The notes under the pieces: model-generated
What the model was told of the DNA's origin: nothing
What the model saw: only the letters and a program-made list of their open reading frames with translations
Databases searched by the model: none
Origin: Candidatus Hydrogenedentota bacterium
Lineage (GTDB): Bacteria > Hydrogenedentota > Hydrogenedentia > Hydrogenedentales > SLHB01
Direction of reading: 5' to 3'
Length of the DNA stretch: 64,000 bases
Assembly: GCA_963668025.2 (NCBI GenBank)
Contig: CAXXTH010000019.1
Location: 1 to 64,000, forward strand
Shown here: positions 21,220-29,899 of the stretch, piece by piece
How the letters are laid out: every line of letters begins with the position of its first letter
Position numbering within the stretch: position 1 is the stretch's first letter
Program-made: the position numbers and the translations under genes

Positions 21220-22641
21220 TCATCCGGTTCTTTGTTCCCAATACTCCTCGAAGCGATTGGATTGAATAAGGCATCGCAACGCCGTAATGGCATTTGCGCC
21301 ACGGACGGTCCATTCCATACCGGAGTGCTTCATACGCTGGCCAACGACCGTCCTGCACGCCGCTTCAATGACTCCCGAGCCAACGAATAGTCCCTTGGCA
21401 AAAAAATCGTTGTAGCGCATGCGTTCTTTGTTCGTCTCAAAATAGCCGATGGCGGTAACGGCTTCTTTGGCATCCGGCCCATTGTTTGGCAACAGCACGG
21501 CGGCTTCTTCCACGATGGTTTCGATCTTTCCCTCATCCAGATCGTCCCACCATTTGCCCTTGTACAAGGCCAAACGTTTTTCGTCGCGTCCAAACAACAA
21601 TTTGCACAGGTTCCCGAGATGCTCGCGCGCGTGATACAAGTCGACTACGTGGATGGCGGCGTGAAAATGGGTTTGTACGATGTTTCGTATCCATTCGGCC
21701 CCATCGGTGAGGCATACGACGCGTTTGGCCCTGAACAATCCGCGGCGGACGGCCTCGGCGTAGATGCGCCATTGAAACTGTTCGGACGTCTCGATGGCGC
21801 CCACGAAACTGGCGGAGCCCCTATCCCGGATGGGGCGGCCTTTTTCGTTGAAGGCGGTTTGAGAAAAAACGCATCCGATTTTCACCTCGCGGGTTTTGGG
21901 CTTGCCGTTTTGATATTTTCCCTTGCGGCCTTCGAGCGCCTCGGGCACCATGGGAACGCCGCTGCCGTCGAACTCGATGTAAAGGGTCTCGATAGTTTTG
22001 GCGGCATCGGGAGGCGGCGGTTCCTGGAATCGGATACGGTCCCGTTCTTGCGCGAACCAGTGGGCGGCTTGCTGGCCGGTCTGTTCCGCGATACGCTCAC
22101 AGTCCTTGCGGCTGATCACGAGTCCGGCGGCTGCTTTCAGTTGTTGCGACACCCTTTTGAATGGGGCGTCGCTGGCGAAATCCGCCACGAGACGCCGCAC
22201 GCCCGGCGAATAGCGCGTGTTGGCGACATCGAGCTCCTCGTCGCCGGGATACCGCCATTTGCCGCACCGGGGGCACCGGTAGGCGGTGCGCGTAAAGCGG
22301 ATCTTGCCCAAAAGAGTGACGATGGTTTTTGTCTTCAGGCCACGGCTTTTCATTACCGCCATGCATGAGCAACGCGCTTTTTCCCCGCGCCGGCCCACGC
22401 CCACCTTTCTTAAAAAGGCATCGAGCGCCTTGGCCCCTCCCATGAGGGCCGCGCCGCGCAGGGCTTGTTCCAATGCTTCGAGATCCGTTCCCGCCGCGCG
22501 TTTTGCCGCGTTGAAAATCCGCGTTACTTCGGCGTCTTTTTCGATGGCGGCTTGCGTTTTTTTTTGAGGGCGTCTTGTTCGGCGCTCTGCATCCGTTCCA
22601 GTTCGCCCAGTTCTTGGGCCACCGACTCGAATTGTCTGCAT
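21220..22641 (-). CDS. ISKra4 transposase, catalytic ORF (probably expressed by frameshift from the upstream ORF)
   Basis: YIEFDGSGVP, LTDGAEWI, VDLYHAREHL, GSGVIEAACR, RMKHSGMEW; CxC/CxxC zinc motifs. Confidence 0.9.
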   Translation of the reverse strand: MQTIRVGGPRTGRTGTDAERRTRRPQKKTQAAIEKDAEVTRIFNAAKRAAGTDLEALEQALRGAALMGGAKALDAFLRKVGVGRRGEKARCSCMAVMKSRGLKTKTIVTLLGKIRFTRTAYRCPRCGKWRYPGDEELDVANTRYSPGVRRLVADFASDAPFKRVSQQLKAAAGLVISRKDCERIAEQTGQQAAHWFAQERDRIRFQEPPPPDAAKTIETLYIEFDGSGVPMVPEALEGRKGKYQNGKPKTREVKIGCVFSQTAFNEKGRPIRDRGSASFVGAIETSEQFQWRIYAEAVRRGLFRAKRVVCLTDGAEWIRNIVQTHFHAAIHVVDLYHAREHLGNLCKLLFGRDEKRLALYKGKWWDDLDEGKIETIVEEAAVLLPNNGPDAKEAVTAIGYFETNKERMRYNDFFAKGLFVGSGVIEAACRTVVGQRMKHSGMEWTVRGANAITALRCLIQSNRFEEYWEQRTG

Positions 22642-22904
22642 ACATCCCGGAAACGTTTATAGTTTTCCTCATCCTGACGCGCGCGGTTCAATTCTTGCTC
22701 GCCGCAAATGCGTTCGCTCACGGTCTTATTGTTTTTCTTGCTTGTCCATAAGTAATAGGGTCCGCGTAACTCTCGCGTTTTTTTCCCGTCCTTGATAGAG
22801 GGAAACCATTGTTCATTGAGGGATCCTTTTCTCAAGGTTCGTATTTCGCCCAATTGATCGAGCAAGTCCAAGCGTTTTTCTTCCAGCGTGCGTTTATTGG
22901 CCAT
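22524..22904 (-). CDS. ISKra4 upstream ORF (DUF6788-like)
   Basis: AGGAG RBS; RKGSL...GPYYLWT.K.NNKTVS; ends just past an A9 tract and overlaps the transposase ORF in the -1 frame. Confidence 0.85.
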   Translation of the reverse strand: MANKRTLEEKRLDLLDQLGEIRTLRKGSLNEQWFPSIKDGKKTRELRGPYYLWTSKKNNKTVSERICGEQELNRARQDEENYKRFRDVCRQFESVAQELGELERMQSAEQDALKKKRKPPSKKTPK

Positions 22905-23084
22905 GATTGGTTCTCCTCTCTATTTATTGTAGTAATCTTACTACATACATCGGGCCAAAAAAAGGGGGGGGGGAACGAAAACCCACTTTTTTGACGCAGG
23001 CCCCTTGTTGTCCACCTTGTTTGACTTGCCATCTGCTTGTTTGCTACGCTACCCGACACGTTTTTGCACGGAGGCCACTAGGGC

Positions 23085-23675
23085 GTGGATAAATTATTAA
23101 TTCCCGTTTCGTCCATCCAGATGGGTGGGCTTCGGTTGAACGTGTCTGTTCCTGAGGCGCAACTGCGCCCCGAGGGAGCCGAGCCTGTCGATGCGGGCGC
23201 GATTCGCATCCAGGGCCGCATTGAGGATGTGGACGGCGATTATCTGTTTCGCGGCACGGTCTCCGGTGTGTTTTCGCGCCCATGTGATCGATGCCTCGAA
23301 CAAGCGGAAGCGCCGTTTGAAGTGGAGGCCACTTGGTTGTTTGTGGAAGGGCCGCCACGCAGTCCGCTGGATGAACTAGCGGATGAAGACGAAGTGGATG
23401 AAGAAGATGAAACCAGCGCGTTGCGCGCTGGATCATATGAGGGTACAGAGTTGGATCTGGCTCCCCTGGCTTGGGAGGAGATTGTGCTGGCTTTGCCCTC
23501 GAAATGTGTGTGCCGTGCGTCTTGCGCCGGTCTTTGCCCGCATTGCGGGGCCAATTTGAATCTGGGCCCCTGCACCTGCCGGAAAGACGCGGATGCAGGC
23601 GAATTTGAAAACAAGGGCTTGGCGGGGCTCAAAGAATTGTTCCCCGGCCTCGATTCCCCTGCCGACGAGGAGTAA
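23085..23675 (+). CDS. yceD: DUF177 / YceD family protein
   Basis: CDRCL and [17 protein letters not shown]; directly upstream of rpmF. Confidence 0.92.
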   Translation: MDKLLIPVSSIQMGGLRLNVSVPEAQLRPEGAEPVDAGAIRIQGRIEDVDGDYLFRGTVSGVFSRPCDRCLEQAEAPFEVEATWLFVEGPPRSPLDELADEDEVDEEDETSALRAGSYEGTELDLAPLAWEEIVLALPSKCVCRASCAGLCPHCGANLNLGPCTCRKDADAGEFENKGLAGLKELFPGLDSPADEE

Positions 23676-23680
23676 GTTTC

Positions 23681-23863
23681 GTGCCCGTACCGAAGAGAAG
23701 AACTGGAAAGACCCGCAAAAATACGCGCCGCGCCCATCATGCATTGAGCCGGCCGAATTTAGTGGAATGCCCAAGCTGCGGAGAAAAAAACCTGAGCCAC
23801 CGCGTGTGCCCTAAATGCGGCCACTACAAGGAACGGCTTGTGGTCGGTATGGAAGGCGAGTAA
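23681..23863 (+). CDS. rpmF: 50S ribosomal protein L32 (Zn-binding type)
   Basis: [12 protein letters not shown]...[17 protein letters not shown]. Confidence 0.97.
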   Translation: MPVPKRRTGKTRKNTRRAHHALSRPNLVECPSCGEKNLSHRVCPKCGHYKERLVVGMEGE

Positions 23864-23899
23864 ACGCCGTTGTTCCGGACGGCCTGGAGGTCATAGGCC

Positions 23900-25930
23900 A
23901 TGCGTATTGCGCTTGACGCCATGGGTTCCGACCGTTCGCCATTCACGGAAGTGAAGGGAGCGGTCGAGGCAAGCTTGGCGGATGGGCATCTCGATATCGT
24001 GCTCGTCGGAGACCAACGTATCCTCGAAGAAGAGCTGGCCAAATACCCTAGCCGACCTAACATCACCATCCGCCATGCTTCGGAAGTGATCCGCATGGAT
24101 GATTCCCCTGCCCAGGGCGTCCGCCAGAAGAAGGATTCGTCTCTTCTGGTGGGCATGCGCATGGTCAAAAATGGGGAGGCGGACGCGATTGTCAGCGCCG
24201 GGAATACCGGGGCCGTGCAAGTCGCCGCCCGCATCATTCTTGGGCCCATCCGGGGCGTGGCCCGCTCTGCCATTTGCCAGCAGTTCCCATCGTTGAGCAA
24301 TCGCAATGTGCTGCTCATCGATCTGGGGGCCAACGTGGATTGCAGCGCCCGGCATCTATGCGAATTCGCGGAGATGGGGGTCGTATATGCGGAGCGCGTG
24401 ATGCGTTGGGAGCACCCACGGGTCGGCCTGATTAATATCGGTGAAGAACAACTCAAGGGCAACGACCTAGCGAAAACCGTTCACCGCAATCTCAAAGCAG
24501 CGGAACATATTAACTTTATCGGCAATGTCGAACCTATGGCGATTTTCCGTGGGGAAGTGGATGTGGCCGTATGTGATGGATTTATCGGCAATCTGCTGCT
24601 CAAATCGAGTGAAGCATCGGCATATTTCGTTCGCAAGAGCCTCGAACGCGAGATGATGTCCGGCTGGCTCAGCCGTTTCGGCGCGCTGCTATGCCTGGGG
24701 GCCTTCAAGCGCGTGAAACAGCGCGTGGACCCGAACGACATGCCCGGCGCTCCCTTGTTGGGCGTCAATGGCACGGTCATCATCACCCATGGCTCCGTGA
24801 AATCACCAGGCATCGCCAACGCCGTGCGCGGGGCGGGCCGGGTAGTCGAGATGCGGATCAATGACCATATCCGCCTGGAAGTGCAGAAATTGCGCACCAC
24901 GGAAGCCTGCCTCAACCGTACGCAGAGTGATGAAGCCGGAGATGAGGAAGCCGCCGGCTCTGAGGGGACTGGCCAGGAAGGAACTTTCAGCATGCCAAAT
25001 GGCTCACAAGATGCTCCGCGTAAGGAACCGACTGATATGAAAAGCGGCGCGGCCTATCTGTTCCCAGGCCAAGGCAGCCAGTCACCGGGCATGGGGCAGG
25101 ATTTATACCAAGAAGCGCCGGAAGAGCGCATTTTTTTCGATGAAGCCGCGTCTTGCCTGCCCGGCTTGCTGGATATCATGTTCAAGGGCCCCGCTGAAAA
25201 GCTGGCGCAAACGCAAATCGCCCAGGTGGCGTTGTTGACCGTCGAGATTGCGTTAAACCGCCGCCTGCGGTCGCGCAGCCTCGAACCTGTCTATTGCGCG
25301 GGACATAGCCTCGGCGAATTCTCCGCGCTCGCGGGAGCGGAAGCACTCAGCTTCGAGGAAGCCCTGCGCCTCGTGCGGGCGCGCGGCAAATGCATGGCGG
25401 AAAACGTGCCTGAAGGCGGCATGGCCGCCGTCATGGGCCTCTCATCGGAGCAAATCGAACAAGCGCTGCCACGAGGCGTGGTCGTGGCCAATTATAATGG
25501 CCCAGAACAAACCATTATTTCCGGTTCATTGAGCGGCATGTCGGCGGCGGAAGAAACCTTGAAAAAGGCCGGGGCCAAACGCATCATCCCGTTGCCGGTT
25601 TCCGGGCCGTTCCATTCGCCATTGATGGAAAAGGCCGCGGAAGCCTTCGAACGAGAACTGCGCACCGCCGAAATCCGGCCTCCAAAATACCGGTTTATTT
25701 CTTCCGTGACCGGCGAAGAAGCAAAAGAGCCGGAAGCGATTCGTTCAATCTTGATGCGCCAGATTTGTTCGCCCGTACGTTGGACGGACGTGATGCGTAA
25801 ACTAGGTCCCATTCGCGCCTTCGAGGTGGGGCCAGGACGCGTCTTGCAAGGGCTCGCGAAACGGATGGAAGGCGCGCCGCGCATCGAATTGGTGGGGACA
25901 TTGCAAGCAGCAAATACCGTGGAGGTGTAA
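23900..25930 (+). CDS. plsX-fabD: In-frame fusion of phosphate acyltransferase PlsX and malonyl-CoA:ACP transacylase FabD
   Basis: RIALDAMG.D, SAGNTGA, DLGANVD, VCDGFIGN (PlsX); acidic linker; FPGQGSQ, GHSLGE, SGPFHSPLM, EVGPGRVL (FabD, from Met at 25037). Confidence 0.9.
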   Translation: MRIALDAMGSDRSPFTEVKGAVEASLADGHLDIVLVGDQRILEEELAKYPSRPNITIRHASEVIRMDDSPAQGVRQKKDSSLLVGMRMVKNGEADAIVSAGNTGAVQVAARIILGPIRGVARSAICQQFPSLSNRNVLLIDLGANVDCSARHLCEFAEMGVVYAERVMRWEHPRVGLINIGEEQLKGNDLAKTVHRNLKAAEHINFIGNVEPMAIFRGEVDVAVCDGFIGNLLLKSSEASAYFVRKSLEREMMSGWLSRFGALLCLGAFKRVKQRVDPNDMPGAPLLGVNGTVIITHGSVKSPGIANAVRGAGRVVEMRINDHIRLEVQKLRTTEACLNRTQSDEAGDEEAAGSEGTGQEGTFSMPNGSQDAPRKEPTDMKSGAAYLFPGQGSQSPGMGQDLYQEAPEERIFFDEAASCLPGLLDIMFKGPAEKLAQTQIAQVALLTVEIALNRRLRSRSLEPVYCAGHSLGEFSALAGAEALSFEEALRLVRARGKCMAENVPEGGMAAVMGLSSEQIEQALPRGVVVANYNGPEQTIISGSLSGMSAAEETLKKAGAKRIIPLPVSGPFHSPLMEKAAEAFERELRTAEIRPPKYRFISSVTGEEAKEPEAIRSILMRQICSPVRWTDVMRKLGPIRAFEVGPGRVLQGLAKRMEGAPRIELVGTLQAANTVEV

Positions 25931-25932
25931 CG

Positions 25933-26679
25933 GTGATCGAATTCCAGGGCAAAGTGGCGCTGGTGACGGGTGGCACGCGGGGTATTGGCCGGGCGTGTGC
26001 GTCCATCCTGGCGGAGTGCGGTGCGCGCGTGGCTATTTGCGGGCGCACGGCGGAGACTTCCCAAGCGGCGGCGGCGGAATTAGCGGCGGCTACGGGCGGC
26101 GAAGTGCGCGGCTACGGATGCGATATCGCCAGCGCCGAGGCCGTGAATGCCATGGTCAAAGCCATTGAAGCCGATTTAGGCCCTATCGCCATCCTGGTCA
26201 ACAACGCGGGCGTCACCCGCGACACGCTCCTCATGCGCATGAAAGACGATGACTGGAACGCCGTCTTGAACGCCAATCTCACGGGCGCATTCCACTGCTG
26301 CCGCGCCGTGGCGCGAGGCATGCTCAAGGAACGCTGGGGACGCATCATTAATATCTCGTCCATCGTCGGCGTCCGTGGCCAAGCAGGGCAAGCCAACTAT
26401 GCCGCTTCCAAGGCGGGCCTCATCGGTTTTACCAAGTCGCTGGCGCGTGAATTGGGCTCCAGGGGCATCACGGTCAACGCCATCGCCCCAGGCTACATCG
26501 ACACGGATATGACGGCGGTCCTTTCAGATGAGCTTAAACAAGCCATCGTCCAGCAAGTGCCCATGGGAAAAGTGGGCGCGGCGCAAGATATTGCGGCGGG
26601 AGTGAAGTATCTGGCCAGCGAAGGCGCGGCTTACGTGACGGGAGCCGTGCTGCATATCGACGGCGGCCTGGCTATGTAA
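25933..26679 (+). CDS. fabG: 3-oxoacyl-ACP reductase
   Basis: TGGTRGIG, NNAGVTRD, YAASKAG; synteny. Confidence 0.96.
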   Translation: MIEFQGKVALVTGGTRGIGRACASILAECGARVAICGRTAETSQAAAAELAAATGGEVRGYGCDIASAEAVNAMVKAIEADLGPIAILVNNAGVTRDTLLMRMKDDDWNAVLNANLTGAFHCCRAVARGMLKERWGRIINISSIVGVRGQAGQANYAASKAGLIGFTKSLARELGSRGITVNAIAPGYIDTDMTAVLSDELKQAIVQQVPMGKVGAAQDIAAGVKYLASEGAAYVTGAVLHIDGGLAM

Positions 26680-26708
26680 CATATCGTTTATACGGTTCAG
26701 ATAAAGCA

Positions 26709-26743
26709 ACAGCGGCGGAAATCGTACCGGTTTCCGCCGCTGT
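26709..26743. terminator. Hairpin between convergent genes (probable terminator)
   Basis: Perfect 13-bp stem ACAGCGGCGGAAA/TTTCCGCCGCTGT. Confidence 0.7.
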
Positions 26744-26761
26744 GATGTTTATATTTGCTGT

Positions 26762-27211
26762 TTAGTAAGGCCGCAACGCTTCCACAATCCGCCACGTCTG
26801 GGTCTCACCCGGAACTTCTGAAGTAAAAATCCATTTCCAGGAAGCATTGCCGAAAGGCACATTAAAACGATAAACCGCCAATCGAGATTCCAACGACGCG
26901 CCCGCAGGCGTATTGAAGATGGCGCGCAAGTCATAAATACCGTCAGGGATGGTATTTAACGTATATTGGTTGTCCACGCCGCTCGCGCCGGGCTCTGAAG
27001 TAAGAGGCGGCTCGCAGAGTTGATTGCTGCCCCAATTCAGCACCGTGGATTCATCGCAATCTATCGGCTTGATGTTGAGTTCAGCCATATCCGTAGCCGC
27101 GTTGTTGATTACCTGGAGATTGTTGCCCGTGGAAGGCGGGCAGCCCACCAAACTGGTAAGGGCCAAGCCAACAAGCATCGTGAGCGTGAGTGTTTTGCCA
27201 AATCGCGCCAT
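26762..27211 (-). CDS. Hypothetical lipoprotein
   Basis: Signal peptide ending in lipobox LVGC; beta-rich body (GIYDLRA). Confidence 0.75.
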   Translation of the reverse strand: MARFGKTLTLTMLVGLALTSLVGCPPSTGNNLQVINNAATDMAELNIKPIDCDESTVLNWGSNQLCEPPLTSEPGASGVDNQYTLNTIPDGIYDLRAIFNTPAGASLESRLAVYRFNVPFGNASWKWIFTSEVPGETQTWRIVEALRPY

Positions 27212-27439
27212 TCGTATCATTCCCTTTATCTACACCCCGTAAGCCCTCTCCCACGGAGTTCGCATACCCTATGCGGACGGCTCTTTCAATTCGCCGTTCC
27301 CCCCGTGACAACACCTCACGGAATACAGCGATTTTCTGCTTCGGAGTATAGCAGCCACATACAAAGCCGTCAATAATTATTTCCTTTCATTTCGAGGCCT
27401 GAGTCCATTCGTTTGCTTGTCCAGAAAATGTCAAAAGTT

Positions 27440-27627
27440 GTAACACTTTAGCCGACTGAAGTAGCGTCTTATATTTGGCAGTCTTGTTTATTTCCTTTCG
27501 CCGGTATTGATACATCCTGTTGCATCTAACGACCGACGAGGGCGTCGGTCCCATACTTTTTAAAGTAATCACAGTGTGGGACCGGCGCCCTCGCCGGTCT
27601 TTCTTCACCACTTGGCTAAAGTGTTAC
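27440..27627. mobile_element. 188-bp non-autonomous MITE with IS66 ends
   Basis: Ends GTAACACTTTAGCC...GGCTAAAGTGTTAC match the IS66 at 40287-41815; perfect 8-bp TSD CAAAAGTT (27432-27439, 27628-27635). Confidence 0.92.
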
Positions 27628-27699
27628 CAAAAGTTTAACATCGTTGGCAGAGGGTTGTCTCTGTGTCGAATTTGTACGCCAGCTCAAGGAGAGCACTTG

Positions 27700-29763
27700 A
27701 TGCTTCCGTTTTTTTCCGTCTGCCCGGCGGGTATCATCCGGACGGCAATTCACCGTTTATGGGCCTGTATCGCTTTATTATGGATTACTCCGCTGATGGC
27801 AGTCGCGCAATCGGCCGCGCCTGCCATCCCGAAATCCACTCACGAGGAAATTACGCACATGAGGCATTGGGAAAACGGTGACGGAGACGGCAGCATTCAC
27901 GTTCTAGGCAACGGCAAACTATGCGCGTATGAGCAGGGTCCCGAGATCATACAACTCTTCGGGCCGCCATACAGCACATCATCGTTTACGCGCCTGTCCA
28001 TTCCCCCTGGCCAAGGCGTCAGCGCCGATTCCTCACGCAAAATGGGAACAGCGATCTGGATTCATACGCTCCAGAGTGCCGATGCCGTGATCGGCGACAT
28101 GACCGATTATGTCGATAGTGAACTGCCCGCCTTCACCCGCGAAATCGAACTGGCCGCTCCGCTTACGCTCGTACTTCAACTCGATGCCGATATCAAGATT
28201 GATATCAATACGTCTCGTTGGACGGAACGCTTCCCAGATCAAGCGTTGCGCTTTGCGTTGCTGGCGACTGCGCCCAGGGGCCGCGCCATTTACAATGACT
28301 ATCCAATGCCGATCGAAACCGCCTCGCAGTTTTTGGCCGCTGGTTCGCTGACTGTAACGGCCGGCACGCAGCCCAATCAATGGGTGCTCCGCTTAGAGCC
28401 AGGCCGCAGTGTGCTGTACTTCGTCGGCGGCCCACGTTACCCCCAATGCACCGCGCAGGCCGAAACGCTCCTATTTCTGCCGCCCGGCGCTTCCTTTGCC
28501 CGAACCGAAGCATATTGGCGCGCCTTCACCGCCCGCCGCCACGATTTCGCCGCCCGGATTCCGGAAGGAGCCCCCGAACGGGAAGGATTCCTTCGCGCCG
28601 TCGACGATGTGGCGACGATCATCAAGGCCCAGCAAGGGGCTGAAGGAGGTGTTCTCGCTGGGAGCAATTACCACTTGGGCTACATTCGCGATCAATATGG
28701 CGATTCCCGCTGCCTTCTCGCGCTCGGTTACCTCCCCGAAGCGAAGCGTATCATCGAGCATTACTGGGAGATCTGGCGGCATTACGGCCAACTGCACAAC
28801 GCCCACGGCATCGGCGTCGATGGCATCTTCCATGTCCACGAAAACGACGAGGTGGAGATCACTGGTTATCTGATTATTCAGGCCTTCGATTATTTCAAAG
28901 CTTCAGGCGACGAAGCGTTTCTACGTGAAATAGTGCCGATGCTCGAATGGGCCTGGGAGGCGCAAAAGCGCAACTTGCTCGGCGACATGCTCCCCTTCAA
29001 CGGCGATGAAACCTACGTAGCTGGCGGCATTCTACCGCGCTCGGCGCTCAACGACGGTTCCGCCGAAGCGACGATGCTCTTCATCACCGGCGGCGGCCTG
29101 TTACTAAATTGGGTGGAATCGAACAAAGTATGGGACACCGCGCGCCTATCCGAAAATCGCGCCGTGCTCGAGCGTGCGCAGGCGAATTACAAAAAGAATT
29201 TCATCATCGACAGCCGATATATCACCAACAATCCCGCCCGCCAGACGATGGGCGAAATGCCCCGCTTCCGCCACGGCGTTTGCGAGGGAGGGGATGCGTT
29301 CGGCTGGACCGAACGCACGGCCCAAGGGCGTTACCTGTGCCCTACCTGCTTTGGGCAGAAGGATCTCCCCGCCGCCGACCCGACCGCCTATTCAATCAAT
29401 TCGGTCATTCTGATGCCGCTGTATGTCCATTCAACGCTCTTTAGTTCAGAAGAAATCCAAACGCTTGCCACCCAACTGGTGGCCAATTATCAATCAACGG
29501 GCCGCCTGCCCTCACGCCCAGACGGCAACATCGCCGTCGGCTATGATTATGGCCTTCTACTCTATACGCTGACTGCCCTAGGCGACCCCGCTGCCAGCGA
29601 GATCTACAAGAAGATGATGGAGGCCATCGACCCCACCGGCGCGTGGGTCGAGTATTACATTGATGGCAAGCCGTCTGGCACACGTTGCCGCCCATGGGAG
29701 AGCGGCATCAATCTAGAAGCCGCGATCCACTACCTGGACGCAAAGTACTCACGCAAAGATTGA
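27700..29763 (+). CDS. Secreted six-hairpin glycosidase-like protein (GH15/GH63-like fold)
   Basis: AAGGAG RBS, signal peptide, YIRDQY, Y..ASGD..FLRE..PML, FNGDETY, PWESG; exact family uncertain. Confidence 0.65.
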   Translation: MLPFFSVCPAGIIRTAIHRLWACIALLWITPLMAVAQSAAPAIPKSTHEEITHMRHWENGDGDGSIHVLGNGKLCAYEQGPEIIQLFGPPYSTSSFTRLSIPPGQGVSADSSRKMGTAIWIHTLQSADAVIGDMTDYVDSELPAFTREIELAAPLTLVLQLDADIKIDINTSRWTERFPDQALRFALLATAPRGRAIYNDYPMPIETASQFLAAGSLTVTAGTQPNQWVLRLEPGRSVLYFVGGPRYPQCTAQAETLLFLPPGASFARTEAYWRAFTARRHDFAARIPEGAPEREGFLRAVDDVATIIKAQQGAEGGVLAGSNYHLGYIRDQYGDSRCLLALGYLPEAKRIIEHYWEIWRHYGQLHNAHGIGVDGIFHVHENDEVEITGYLIIQAFDYFKASGDEAFLREIVPMLEWAWEAQKRNLLGDMLPFNGDETYVAGGILPRSALNDGSAEATMLFITGGGLLLNWVESNKVWDTARLSENRAVLERAQANYKKNFIIDSRYITNNPARQTMGEMPRFRHGVCEGGDAFGWTERTAQGRYLCPTCFGQKDLPAADPTAYSINSVILMPLYVHSTLFSSEEIQTLATQLVANYQSTGRLPSRPDGNIAVGYDYGLLLYTLTALGDPAASEIYKKMMEAIDPTGAWVEYYIDGKPSGTRCRPWESGINLEAAIHYLDAKYSRKD

Positions 29764-29899
29764 CATGATACGCACTAGATGATGAATCTACATGATACGA
29801 CGTTCCGTAACCTCCGGGAGGAGTCGTTCGGATGAATGGGAACAGCTTTGGCGGCAAGAAAATGCGTGCGGCGGCGAAATACTCGAGAAAGGTAAGCAT

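Larger units (their letters stand above)
21195..23003 (-). mobile_element. ISKra4-family insertion sequence, 1809 bp
   Basis: Perfect 27-bp terminal IRs GGGCCTGCGTCAAAAAAGTGGGTTTTC (21195-21221, 22977-23003); two overlapping ORFs; no clear TSD. Confidence 0.92.

Noticed and set aside
22957-22973. A7G10 tract as a phase-variation switch
   Set aside because: It lies in the IS subterminal region with no clear promoter spacing to alter; there is no evidence of variation.
25021-25035. Out-of-frame TAA/TGA before fabD as proof of a frameshifted plsX stop
   Set aside because: That frame has other stops in the linker (for example 24961), so these are not diagnostic.
27520-27699. N-terminal extension of the glycosidase ORF in the ORF track
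   Set aside because: It runs through the MITE; the RBS and signal peptide support a start near 27700.
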